From the NCBI GenBank assembly GCA_020859685.1, contig JAJBVT010000053.1:11809-75808 (forward strand): a stretch of 64,000 nt of DNA. The letters are read 5' to 3'. The notes beneath the pieces are model-generated. The model was given only the letters and a program-made list of their open reading frames with translations. It did not search any database and was not told the origin of the DNA. This DNA is from Rikenellaceae bacterium (lineage in GTDB: Bacteria; Bacteroidota; Bacteroidia; Bacteroidales; Rikenellaceae). Of this stretch, positions 56,122 through 64,000 are shown one piece after another. Position 1 is the first letter of the stretch. Each line of letters starts with the position of its first letter. The translations under genes and the position numbers were made by a program.

Positions 56122-58704
56122 CTAGTCTACCACACAGCGGATGGAGATGCCGTTGGAGCGGCGCGCGGCGTTATTCTGGTAAGCGTCCGTCTGGTTCACC
56201 AACAAACCCCACCCGTACTCGGTGCTATTAGTCGAGGAGGTCCAGTAATAACCGATGTCCCCACTGCTGTAAATTTGGCTCGAACTGTAATGGCGGTTGC
56301 CGCAAGCCGGAAAGAAGAGCGACGCATTCGTGTCGGGATTGAAGAACAAGCGGCCAACGTACGCCGCACGGTAGTCGTTCGTTTCGATACATACGGCCGA
56401 ATTGTCGAATGCCGTGTAGGCCGTAGAGGTCTCGATGGTCCGCCTGTCGAAAAACCCGTCGGCATAATAACCCCACCGGCTGTTATCGGTATCGCTTGTC
56501 GTACCGGTCTGCGGATTCAGCCACAGGGACTGCCGCTGTTCGCTGGCGGCAATAGCGGGACTACCTACGACCGCGTCCGTAACCCCGTCCGTCAGACGGC
56601 GATAACCCGGCGGGCACGTCTCGCGGGAAGATTCCCATGTATTCCAATAAGTGGTAAAATCCGTGACGCTGCTCCAGCCGCTTATCTGCATCGAGCCTTC
56701 GGGGTTGTTCGGGTGATAGGCGTAATTGCCGCCCTGATCCATATGCTGGAAATAAGCTCCGGCCTGGGTAGGATACTCGGTGAACACTCCCTGCCGGATT
56801 CCGGTAAAGAGTGTATGGTTCGCGATGGTGGTACCACCCGTTTTGGTCCCTTCTATAAATTCCCGCGAGGTAAGGTTGTAAGGCGAATATTTCGCCGCCA
56901 GCGGCCTATTCCCGCTCAATGCAGTGGCATTGTCGTCCGGCCGCATCAGGTAATCGGCCGCCTCGCCCTGACGAATAAATATTTCATGGGTGCCGTTCAC
57001 CACCACTTTGGCATAGCGTGGCGCGGAAGGGTCGGGGTTTTCCCCGGTAAGCCCTATCCGGAAATAGATGTTGCCCGTTCCGGAGACTGATGTCGCACTT
57101 CCCTCTACCGGCCAACTCTCCGCATCGCCGGGTTCCGTACCGTCCGCCCACAGGCCGGGGTCGAGGCTCTTGCCGGGGGCCAGTACCACCCAGCCGGGGG
57201 CACCGTCTACCGCGGCGGTCCAGTCGCCGGTGTTCGCCATGGCAATCACCCGCTCGCCCTTCTGGTCGCTGCGCCAGAAAGCGCCCACATAGTTGTAGGC
57301 GGCAAAGTCGGATGAGGGGATATTTACGTTCACCGTCACTTCGCGGGTAAACTTACCGCCCCCCGCGTTGAGGTATATTTTATGAGTACGGGTCGTCCCG
57401 TCGGCACTTACACGGGCGGCGGCCCGGTCGGTCATTATATCGAACCACCCCTCGCCGGTCGAGCCGTCGAAATGGAAATTTTCCGGATTACTGCCTGTCA
57501 GGCCGTAAAACACCTCGTCGACCGGCAGGTCGCTGCCGTCGAGTTCTTCGATATATACGTCCTGCTGGTCCGTCCAGAAATAGATACGAGCCATATTACG
57601 CTCGTTTATCGTCGCCTCGACTGCCGAAACGTACAGGCTCCTGTTCGTCCTGTCGTCGACTAACTTGTCGTCCCAGTCTTGGGCCGCAATCGCGATATCT
57701 ATTTCTGCATCGTTTACAGCCACGGTCGCAGACACGTCGTAGTAGACATTACGCGGCAGGGTATAGTCGTCCGGCCTGTCGATGCCGATAAGTGCGGGAT
57801 AATCCTCCGTGGCGAAACAGGCCGTGAGTACCACGGCGCAATCCTTATCGCTTTCCGGGGTGAACCACACTTCCGGAAGGAGTATGCGCGGATATGTTAT
57901 CTCGACGGCATAATCGCCGGAGGTGAGGGTCGTTATGTTTCCCGGTTCGGATGAATATCCGGCGTTGCCGGCGACGGCATCGTATTGCAGGTTGTTCGTA
58001 ACCGACGCGCTGTTGTCCGTTTCAGGGAATATGTAGAGCCGGTCGGGGACGTTATCGAAACGGATATGTTTGAAATCGGCAAACTGCGCGTCGGTCAGCC
58101 TGAGCGTCAAATCTACCCTTACCGCCATGCGGGTTATGGGAACCTTCTACTCCGAACCGGCGGTCGCATTCCCGTCATAGGTTACCTTATCGTCTCCGCT
58201 GATAATTACACGCTCGCAAACCTCCGACATCGGTACAAGGTTGGTATTGCCCGCCACCCAGTCCAGCGAACCGATACCGAAATAGAGCGATTTAAGGTCG
58301 TCTATGGTCGCCACGTCGGGGATAAGTCCGGCGAGCTGTCCCGACAGACTATTGTCTAACTGCTCATTCGCAATAAATACGACCGTAAATGTTCCGGTAA
58401 GCACATTGACCGTAGCCGTGCGCTCCGCGGCGGAACCGGAGCCGGCGACGGCGGTGAAATTAACCGGCTCGTTAAACGCCAGCGAACCGTCACCCGCGCG
58501 GAAGCCCATTATACGGAATTTGTCTATTTCGTAGTCCACCGCACTACCCTCCTCCGTAGCACGGGTCATAGGTGCTCCGAGGGTTATTACCACCGGCAGC
58601 TCCTGCTCGCGGGTAGTCGTGACTTCACCCCGGTCGCTGACACAGGAGAGGAGAGCAAAGGCCGGGATTGCCAGACAAAATATAAACCTTATTATATATC
58701 TCAT
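56122..58704 (-). pseudogene. Fimbrial tip/accessory adhesin-like lipoprotein (paralog of 53148-56093) interrupted by one in-frame TAG
   Basis: Track ORFs 58147-58704 (lipobox LLSC, fimbrillin-like N-terminus) and 56122-58128 are in the same frame, separated only by TAG (58147-58149) plus 6 codons: ..TAGSE, TAG, KVPITRMAVRVDLTL... The paralog aligns across the junction (..DKLLLTRSVAKATVNV..). Confidence 0.65.
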
Positions 58705-58716
58705 ATCTGCTTATTT

Positions 58717-59637
58717 TCATCCTATGGGCGTAGGGTCGGTAACGTAGTTCCAGCCGGTAACGGTAATGGTAAGCCCCAATTCGGTGTCGAACGTTAGTTT
58801 GAGGTCGAACTCGAACTCCGTATCGAAATCGACCGCATGTCCGATTCCGGCATAGGCCGTAATTATCATCTCCACCAGATTGCCATTGTAAAGGTTTTGT
58901 CCGGTGGTGATATTTTGCAGTTCGAATACGGGCGAACGGTCTTCCGCGAGGCGGAGGGTCTTGACGGAGGAGGTCAGTTCCCCGTCGGTAAAACCGGCAG
59001 TCCGCAGGTAAACGATATCGTCCATGTTCTCAATAATCGTATTGTCGAATGCGTAGTGGGTATTGTTATCCCTTACCGAGAAAGCGTACACGGCAGCCTG
59101 GTCCACCCCTTCGACGGTAAAATTGACCCGGTAGGTGTTCGGCTTTATTATGATTTCAAAAGTATGGTCTGTTTGAGGCAGGACCTGGGCATCCGTAAGT
59201 ATCCCGTGATGCAGGTCTGGTATTTCTTCCGTAACAATACCATCCGAACGGTATTGCAGGGCGACCACAAGGTCGTCGGCATTCGGAGAATCGGTTACTC
59301 CGGTATATGTTTCCCCCTGATTTGTCCACACCACGAAGTGATATGAACCGGGGTCGAGTTCGAGGTAGGCTTCATAAGTCTCCCCTGAAGTATAAGCACC
59401 TCCGTTCCATGTCCCCACGAAACGTTCATACTGGTCGAATACATATATATACACATTATCTATGTTATAATAACCGCCTTCGGCGCGGGTTACCTCCTCC
59501 AGCGTTCTGACTACAATGTGTACCACCGGTTGGGCGTCGGGACAGTCGTCCGTATTGTCCATGACACACGATGTCAGAGCACAAGTCATGCACAGAGCTA
59601 CGAGAGATAACTTTGCCGCAGTATATAGATATTTCAT
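58717..59637 (-). CDS. FimB/Mfa2-family fimbrial anchor/terminator subunit
   Basis: 306 aa with lipobox LTSC followed by ..DDCPD, a VYIYVFD motif, and paralogy with 10087-11025. Confidence 0.7.
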   Translation of the reverse strand: MKYLYTAAKLSLVALCMTCALTSCVMDNTDDCPDAQPVVHIVVRTLEEVTRAEGGYYNIDNVYIYVFDQYERFVGTWNGGAYTSGETYEAYLELDPGSYHFVVWTNQGETYTGVTDSPNADDLVVALQYRSDGIVTEEIPDLHHGILTDAQVLPQTDHTFEIIIKPNTYRVNFTVEGVDQAAVYAFSVRDNNTHYAFDNTIIENMDDIVYLRTAGFTDGELTSSVKTLRLAEDRSPVFELQNITTGQNLYNGNLVEMIITAYAGIGHAVDFDTEFEFDLKLTFDTELGLTITVTGWNYVTDPTPIG

Positions 59638-59775
59638 GTCATTCGGTTCTTTGTTTACCGGCCGGGCCGGTGGGCTTCGTTCTTCACCCTATACCGTATG
59701 GTAAGGATGTATCGGGATAACTGCGGGATGTACGCGGTTATTCCCGGATTGGCTGTATGACGATTGTCCGTACGG

Positions 59776-59855
59776 TGCTCCCTCCTTTCGGGAGGGAGCG
59801 GACCGCGCGAACGATGGTAGGATTAATCCGGTGCCCGGCCGGTTGCGGCCGGGCA
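59776..59855 (-). terminator. Two GC-rich intercistronic hairpins after the major-subunit gene of locus 2 (possible attenuators)
   Basis: GCTCCCTCC-TTTCG-GGAGGGAGC (59776-59798) and TGCCCGGCC-GGTTGC-GGCCGGGCA (59832-59855), both in the 241-nt gap between the Mfa1-like and Mfa2-like genes. No U-runs. Confidence 0.3.
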
Positions 59856-59878
59856 TGGATTATAAGTCATAATTTGAT

Positions 59879-61405
59879 TTAATTCGGATCTTCGCCGAGT
59901 TCCAGATCGTCGGGTACATATTCCCACGGGTTCACCGAAATAACCACCCTGAGTGTAGCCGGACCCTCTTCTAGCGGGGTTTCGTCTTCCTCGTCGGGGG
60001 GATTCGGATTTTTACCGTTGTCCTCGTTCGGGTCTATGGGAGTTTCGGGGTCGTCGTCACGCCCGGGATAGGTCGTACCGAAATCGCCCGGAGTAATATC
60101 GACACCGGTTATCAGCACATGGAAGAATTCGTTACGGTAAACGTTGTACTTCTCGATAGCGTCCGATTTATTACGGCCGAGGAACACGCGGAAGTATACA
60201 TAGCCTTCCGGGTATTCGTATTGGTATATATCCGTGTTGTCGATTCCTTCAACCTGCTGCAGGTAATCGGTAATGGCGGTCCTAACGGTTGTACTGTTTT
60301 CGCAAATAATATCGTCGAAACCTTCGCCGCGGATAAGTACGAAATCACTGCCGGCAGAAATGGGACTTCCGTTATATACGAGTTCGTCACCCGAACCGTT
60401 GTCTTCGATAACAGCACTTTTAGCCAGTTCCATCTGGGTTTTTATATAGGCATAGGTAGCGGTTCCGTAACGGGCGACATCGTTCTCGTTCTTGGCAACG
60501 TTCTCACCGATATAGAACCCGGGAACATCCTGTCTTACGGTGGTTGCGGCATCGTATGAAGCGACCGGCTGATAATCTATATTATAAGGAGCCGAGCCGG
60601 AAACATAGTAGCCGTAATGGTGAAGCGCGTCGTCCCAGCTCGATGCCGTACTCAGGTATGAGGTCTTGATGGTAACGCCGTCCGAATTGGTAGCGTACTT
60701 TTGCGCGAAGTGGCTCTTATAAGCGTCCTGTACCACGAAGAACTCTTCTACCTCGAATATAAGGTCCCCGGCGTTCGCGGCACTCCAGTCCGCCGTCATC
60801 GTACTGCTCAGACCGCTACCCATAGTGGTAATAACCCTCGACACGGCACGGTCGAGACCCACGCTGACCACATTATCGACCGGCTCCATATCCAGTCTCT
60901 CTTCCGCCATCCCTATCATCGCGATGGATTCCAGATTCCCGAAGTCGTAATTGAGGATATTGGCGTGAACGTCGATAACATCGAGCAGAGCGGCTTCGTT
61001 GGCCGGTTGTGTGGTGGCGAAAGTACCGAATACGCTGTGCTCGAGGTTAGCAGCCACGTAAATTTTCTTGTAGCCCGAGTAGGTCTTGATTTTTTTGTTC
61101 AGGGTATACGTACTGGTACCGGTCGGTGTAAAATCACCGGGGAAATCCACGCGGGTAAAATCTTCATAACCCAGAAGGCTTCCGTCGGGGTTGAATACAT
61201 AGACATAAATGTAATCGCCGATGGCGTTTTCCGCCGGGGTGCCGTCCTGAGTGGCGCGGGTCAGCGCCTGTGGAATGGTGAGGGTGAAAGAGAAACTGGT
61301 TTCCACACCATCTTCCGTGGTGTTACCGTCGTTGCCCCCGTCTTTGGAGCAGGCAGCAAGGGTTAGTGCCGCGAGCGCGGCTACTGCAATTGATCTTAAT
61401 CTCAT
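59879..61405 (-). CDS. Mfa1-family fimbrial major subunit
   Basis: 508 aa with lipobox LAAC. TSFSFTLTIPQALTRAT, YIYVYVF. Paralog of 11114-12481. Confidence 0.7.
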   Translation of the reverse strand: MRLRSIAVAALAALTLAACSKDGGNDGNTTEDGVETSFSFTLTIPQALTRATQDGTPAENAIGDYIYVYVFNPDGSLLGYEDFTRVDFPGDFTPTGTSTYTLNKKIKTYSGYKKIYVAANLEHSVFGTFATTQPANEAALLDVIDVHANILNYDFGNLESIAMIGMAEERLDMEPVDNVVSVGLDRAVSRVITTMGSGLSSTMTADWSAANAGDLIFEVEEFFVVQDAYKSHFAQKYATNSDGVTIKTSYLSTASSWDDALHHYGYYVSGSAPYNIDYQPVASYDAATTVRQDVPGFYIGENVAKNENDVARYGTATYAYIKTQMELAKSAVIEDNGSGDELVYNGSPISAGSDFVLIRGEGFDDIICENSTTVRTAITDYLQQVEGIDNTDIYQYEYPEGYVYFRVFLGRNKSDAIEKYNVYRNEFFHVLITGVDITPGDFGTTYPGRDDDPETPIDPNEDNGKNPNPPDEEDETPLEEGPATLRVVISVNPWEYVPDDLELGEDPN

Positions 61406-61762
61406 AATTTTAAATTAGTTGAATGGAACATTTGTTTTGATCGATCTTCTTTATATCGGTTGAGTTGATATCAATTGTTCGGAGTGGATAGTAAAGACCG
61501 AGAGGTTATTGGTACCCCAAACGGATAACTCTATTTTATAAAAGAGTTGCCTGATGTTTTTCCCGTGGCAAAACCGAGCAGTTATACGTATTGCCGGTAA
61601 TCGGGCCACCGGCAGATACGGCCCGGTTAGCTGGCATACGGTGCAGCCTCCCGGTCGGTAGAACGGGCGGATAATTTTCGGTGGGGCGGGGCAGTAAATG
61701 GCGGATTAAGGTTGTTTTATACATATTCTTTTATTTAGTATATTATATTTGAAAAAGGGTAG

Positions 61763-62134
61763 TTATACTATATAAGATAAACTGAGTGGTTCCGACCGGG
61801 TGAAGGATTTCAATAATTCATACCGGCCGTTATCCGGCGGATCGGCATTTTCCAGCCACGGCTCGGCAATAATCAACAGGTCCCACACGCTCATTGAGTA
61901 GAACCGGCAGCGGTTGAGATACATAGCGCCTTCCCGGATGGAAACTATTCCGTTATCCTCCAGCAGGCACAGTAGTGAACATGTAGTTGTTTTACAGGAG
62001 CGGATGATATTAACGAAGGCCTCCCACTCCACTCCTTTTCCTTCGATACCGGCATACATATAGCTAAACGTCCCAAGGAGCCGATATACTTCCTCGAAGC
62101 GTTTGCTGAATAATATTTTATTATCATCTTTCAT
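61763..62134 (-). CDS. Small conserved protein, first gene behind inverton C (paralog of 15013-15381)
   Basis: 123 aa, MKDDNKILFSKRFEEVYRLLGTFSYMYAGIEGKGVEW..., collinear with MKDEVLFTPQFEFLYTLLGVVSFMYADGEGKGIER... Shares ..SMWDLL/SVWDLL... Confidence 0.6.
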   Translation of the reverse strand: MKDDNKILFSKRFEEVYRLLGTFSYMYAGIEGKGVEWEAFVNIIRSCKTTTCSLLCLLEDNGIVSIREGAMYLNRCRFYSMSVWDLLIIAEPWLENADPPDNGRYELLKSFTRSEPLSLSYIV

Positions 62135-62158
62135 TCACCACTGCGGCCGTCGTTTTAC

Positions 62159-62479
62159 AACCGTCACTCTTCAAGTGACGTGGCACAGGGTGATACGAGA
62201 TGATAATAGTCTGTATTTTAGTTGAAAGGGTATATGTCGAAGAGTGATACACGAAACAGCGGACAAACTCCTAATCTGCGGGTTTCAGGACGAAGTTTTC
62301 CGTTGCCGAAGGGAAGTCGGGGTAGTTTTGATATATAACGGGGCTGTAACTATCTTTGGTAAATGGGGTTAGAAAAATCAAATTTTTGTAAATAAGTATT
62401 GACAAAAGAAAAATTATTTTACCTTTGCTGTGCGATCGTGCTCCGATGTTTCCGAACCGTCACTTGAAGAGTGACGGTT
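62159..62479. promoter_or_regulatory. Invertible promoter segment (inverton C) of fimbrial locus 2, present in the OFF orientation
   Basis: 22-bp perfect inverted repeats AACCGTCACTCTTCAAGTGACG (62159-62180) and CGTCACTTGAAGAGTGACGGTT (62458-62479). The cores GTCACT-N5-AGTGAC are at 62163-62179 and 62459-62475. The internal -7 box points away from the operon. Confidence 0.7.
62420..62427 (+). promoter_or_regulatory. -7 box TACCTTTG (TAnnTTTG) inside inverton C
   Basis: Lies 31 nt before the right repeat. The context aaattattttacctttgct...gatgtttccgaacc is homologous to the minus strand of switch A (aaattattttttacatttgct...gatgttttccgaatt). Confidence 0.55.
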
Positions 62480-62482
62480 TTT

Positions 62483-63721
62483 TTATGCCGCCCGTACTGC
62501 CCGAGACATCCTGGTACTCAATTCGTCCAGCGCCGACCGCTCGAACGACGCGAGATAAATCGAGGTAACTTTCGTATCCCTGTGGCCCAAACCCTCGCTT
62601 ATCAACGATATATTGTACCCCATCCGTTTGGCGAGTGTGGCCCAAGTATGGCGGGCGACATGTGTGGAGATATTCTTCTCAATACCCGCCAATCCGGCCA
62701 GTACCTTTAAATATCGGTTCTGGCGGTTAAGTGCCGATTCGTAACGGAGCCGGTAATCGGATGCAGCCGGATCGATGATAGGGAATAAAAAAGGAGAACC
62801 TTTTGTTGCCGCTTTAAACCGGTCGATAATCCTTTTCATCGGCCTTGTAATCTTCACCTCGATATAAAATCCCGTCTTCTTTCTTTTATAGATTATGGAG
62901 CCATCCTTTATATCTGATTTTTTAAGATACGCCAGGTCGATGAAAGACATTCCCCGCGAATGATAGGCAAAGAGAAAATAGAGCAGCGCATTGCGAAGCT
63001 CGGTGTCGCCGGGCGGGAGTTTCTTTTCCAGTCCGGCCAGAGCGTTTATATCCTGCCTGTCGAGGGAACGGCGGCGCGTATCGTATACTCCGGTATAGAC
63101 GTTCCCGAAAGGGTTGGTTTCGGCAGGCACTATAATTTCCGAGGCCACCGCACGGTTGTATAATGCCCTAAGGTTGCGCATATAAAACGAAACGGTATTC
63201 ATATGGAGACCCGTATCCAGCAGCCACCTCTCGTATTCGCGCAACCTGAAAGCCGTAATTTCGCATAAAGGCATATCCTGCCCGTGGTTGAACTTAACGA
63301 TGCTCCTGGCCGCCGAGCGGTAAGCGCGGGCGGTTCTCACTCTGCCCTCTGCGTTAAGCTCACGGGCCACTGTACCTGCAAACGCAATCACGGTATCACG
63401 GTTTCCTGTTTTATGGAATCCGTCGACAACGTCGCCGACCGTGAAATTACCCGTCTTAGATAGCGCCTTTACAATATCCTCCAACCGCGAGAGGTCTGCC
63501 CGCATCGACTCTTCAGTCTGTCTAAAGCACATATACCGCTCTCTTTCCGTCGCTGTCGGCATCCGCAGCCAATGGGAACCGAAGTCCCAATCCTGAGGGT
63601 TTACGGGGTAGTTGCGCCTGATATCACGGTACTTACGCCCGTGTATTATCCGGATAAATAACGTACCGGAACCCGCCTCCCCTGTAACCGGGGGGCGGTA
63701 GTGAAACCTGATACTCGTCAT
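62483..63721 (-). CDS. Tyrosine site-specific recombinase (phage-integrase family), candidate invertase of switch C
   Basis: 412 aa. STHVARHTWATLAKRMGY and GLGHRDTKVTSIYLA. Paralog of 15794-17026. Its stop is separated from the inverted-repeat core by 7 nt. Confidence 0.85.
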   Translation of the reverse strand: MTSIRFHYRPPVTGEAGSGTLFIRIIHGRKYRDIRRNYPVNPQDWDFGSHWLRMPTATERERYMCFRQTEESMRADLSRLEDIVKALSKTGNFTVGDVVDGFHKTGNRDTVIAFAGTVARELNAEGRVRTARAYRSAARSIVKFNHGQDMPLCEITAFRLREYERWLLDTGLHMNTVSFYMRNLRALYNRAVASEIIVPAETNPFGNVYTGVYDTRRRSLDRQDINALAGLEKKLPPGDTELRNALLYFLFAYHSRGMSFIDLAYLKKSDIKDGSIIYKRKKTGFYIEVKITRPMKRIIDRFKAATKGSPFLFPIIDPAASDYRLRYESALNRQNRYLKVLAGLAGIEKNISTHVARHTWATLAKRMGYNISLISEGLGHRDTKVTSIYLASFERSALDELSTRMSRAVRAA

Positions 63722-63913
63722 AATAATATAATTAAAAGTAGTGGAGCGGTAAAATTACACTATTTTACCGTTAACCGCCTTTTTATACTATTATTTCGTC
63801 CGAATTAATCAGGAGAAAAGATTGGAAATACCAATTCCGTCGATAAGGAAATATGGTCACTCTTTTTTTGATTTTATGGCGGGGAGGCTGAATATTCTAT
63901 TTACATATTACAA

Positions 63914-63955
63914 TAAAAAAAGGTCTTGAAGATTTATAATCTTCAAGACCTTTTT
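63914..63955. terminator. Bidirectional intrinsic terminator
   Basis: 13-bp perfect stem AGGTCTTGAAGAT/ATCTTCAAGACCT (63921-63951), flanked by an A-run and a T-run. It probably ends a minus-strand gene whose last codons (..PIPELH, TGA at 63955-63957) enter from the window end. Confidence 0.65.
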
Positions 63956-64000
63956 CAGTGAAGTTCCGGGATAGGGTTCAGCCCTACTGCGTAAGAGCGG

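Noticed and set aside
61536-61724. 62-aa ORF in the leader between the small protein gene and the Mfa1-like gene of locus 2.
   Set aside because: No signal peptide or recognisable motif, Arg/Pro-rich composition, and no counterpart in locus 1.
62323-62358. Additional TAnnTTTG matches inside inverton C (TAGTTTTG at 62323-62330, TATCTTTG at 62351-62358) as the main promoter.
   Set aside because: They have no counterpart in invertons A or B. The box at 62420-62427 is conserved in sequence and in distance from the repeat in all three switches. A secondary promoter is not excluded.
63856-63866. Half-site GTCACTCTT upstream of the second integrase, as a possible extra recombination site.
   Set aside because: Only one arm is present, with no AGTGAC partner at the right spacing and no inverted copy nearby.
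63958-64000. Possible tRNA or tmRNA end (ggttcagccc T-loop-like sequence) next to the second integrase.
   Set aside because: The stem-loop has a 5-nt loop, whereas the canonical T-loop has 7 nt, and no acceptor or anticodon arms can be drawn. It is more likely the last codons of a minus-strand CDS that ends at the TGA at 63955-63957.

Overview
Chromosomal segment of a GC-rich Bacteroidales-type bacterium. The taxon is inferred from Mfa/FimB-type fimbrial genes, a CarbopepD-TonB receptor, TAnnTTTG -7 boxes and PPDK/GH57 carbohydrate genes. Most of the window is ordinary housekeeping: MarR-MFS-UbiD-UbiX, a GH78-like hydrolase, galE, an ABC-2 exporter, manA, YitT, a UvrD-like helicase, lrgAB, nth, an S41 peptidase, ppdK, folA-thyA-lpxH, a TlpA-like protein, a GDE/GT4/GH57 alpha-glucan cluster, eno and rnhA. 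The accessory part is two paralogous Mfa-like fimbrial operons on the minus strand (4091-14858 and 53148-61405). Both are built on the same module: a tyrosine recombinase; then inverted repeats GTCACT-N5-AGTGAC bracketing a 279-312 bp segment that carries a Bacteroides-type -7 box; then a small paralogous 122-123 aa protein; then the structural genes; then a conserved 123-143 nt structured element ending in an intrinsic terminator. In this assembly the promoter of locus 1 points into its operon (ON). The promoter of locus 2 points away from its operon and antisense to its own recombinase (OFF). A third, orphan copy of the switch (23870-24169) has no recombinase and no CDS, and points only at a third copy of the 3-prime structured element. 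Three otherwise intact genes (DUF3575, a tip-adhesin paralog, an esterase) each carry one in-frame TAG. I recognised no rRNA, tRNA, CRISPR array, prophage or transposase.
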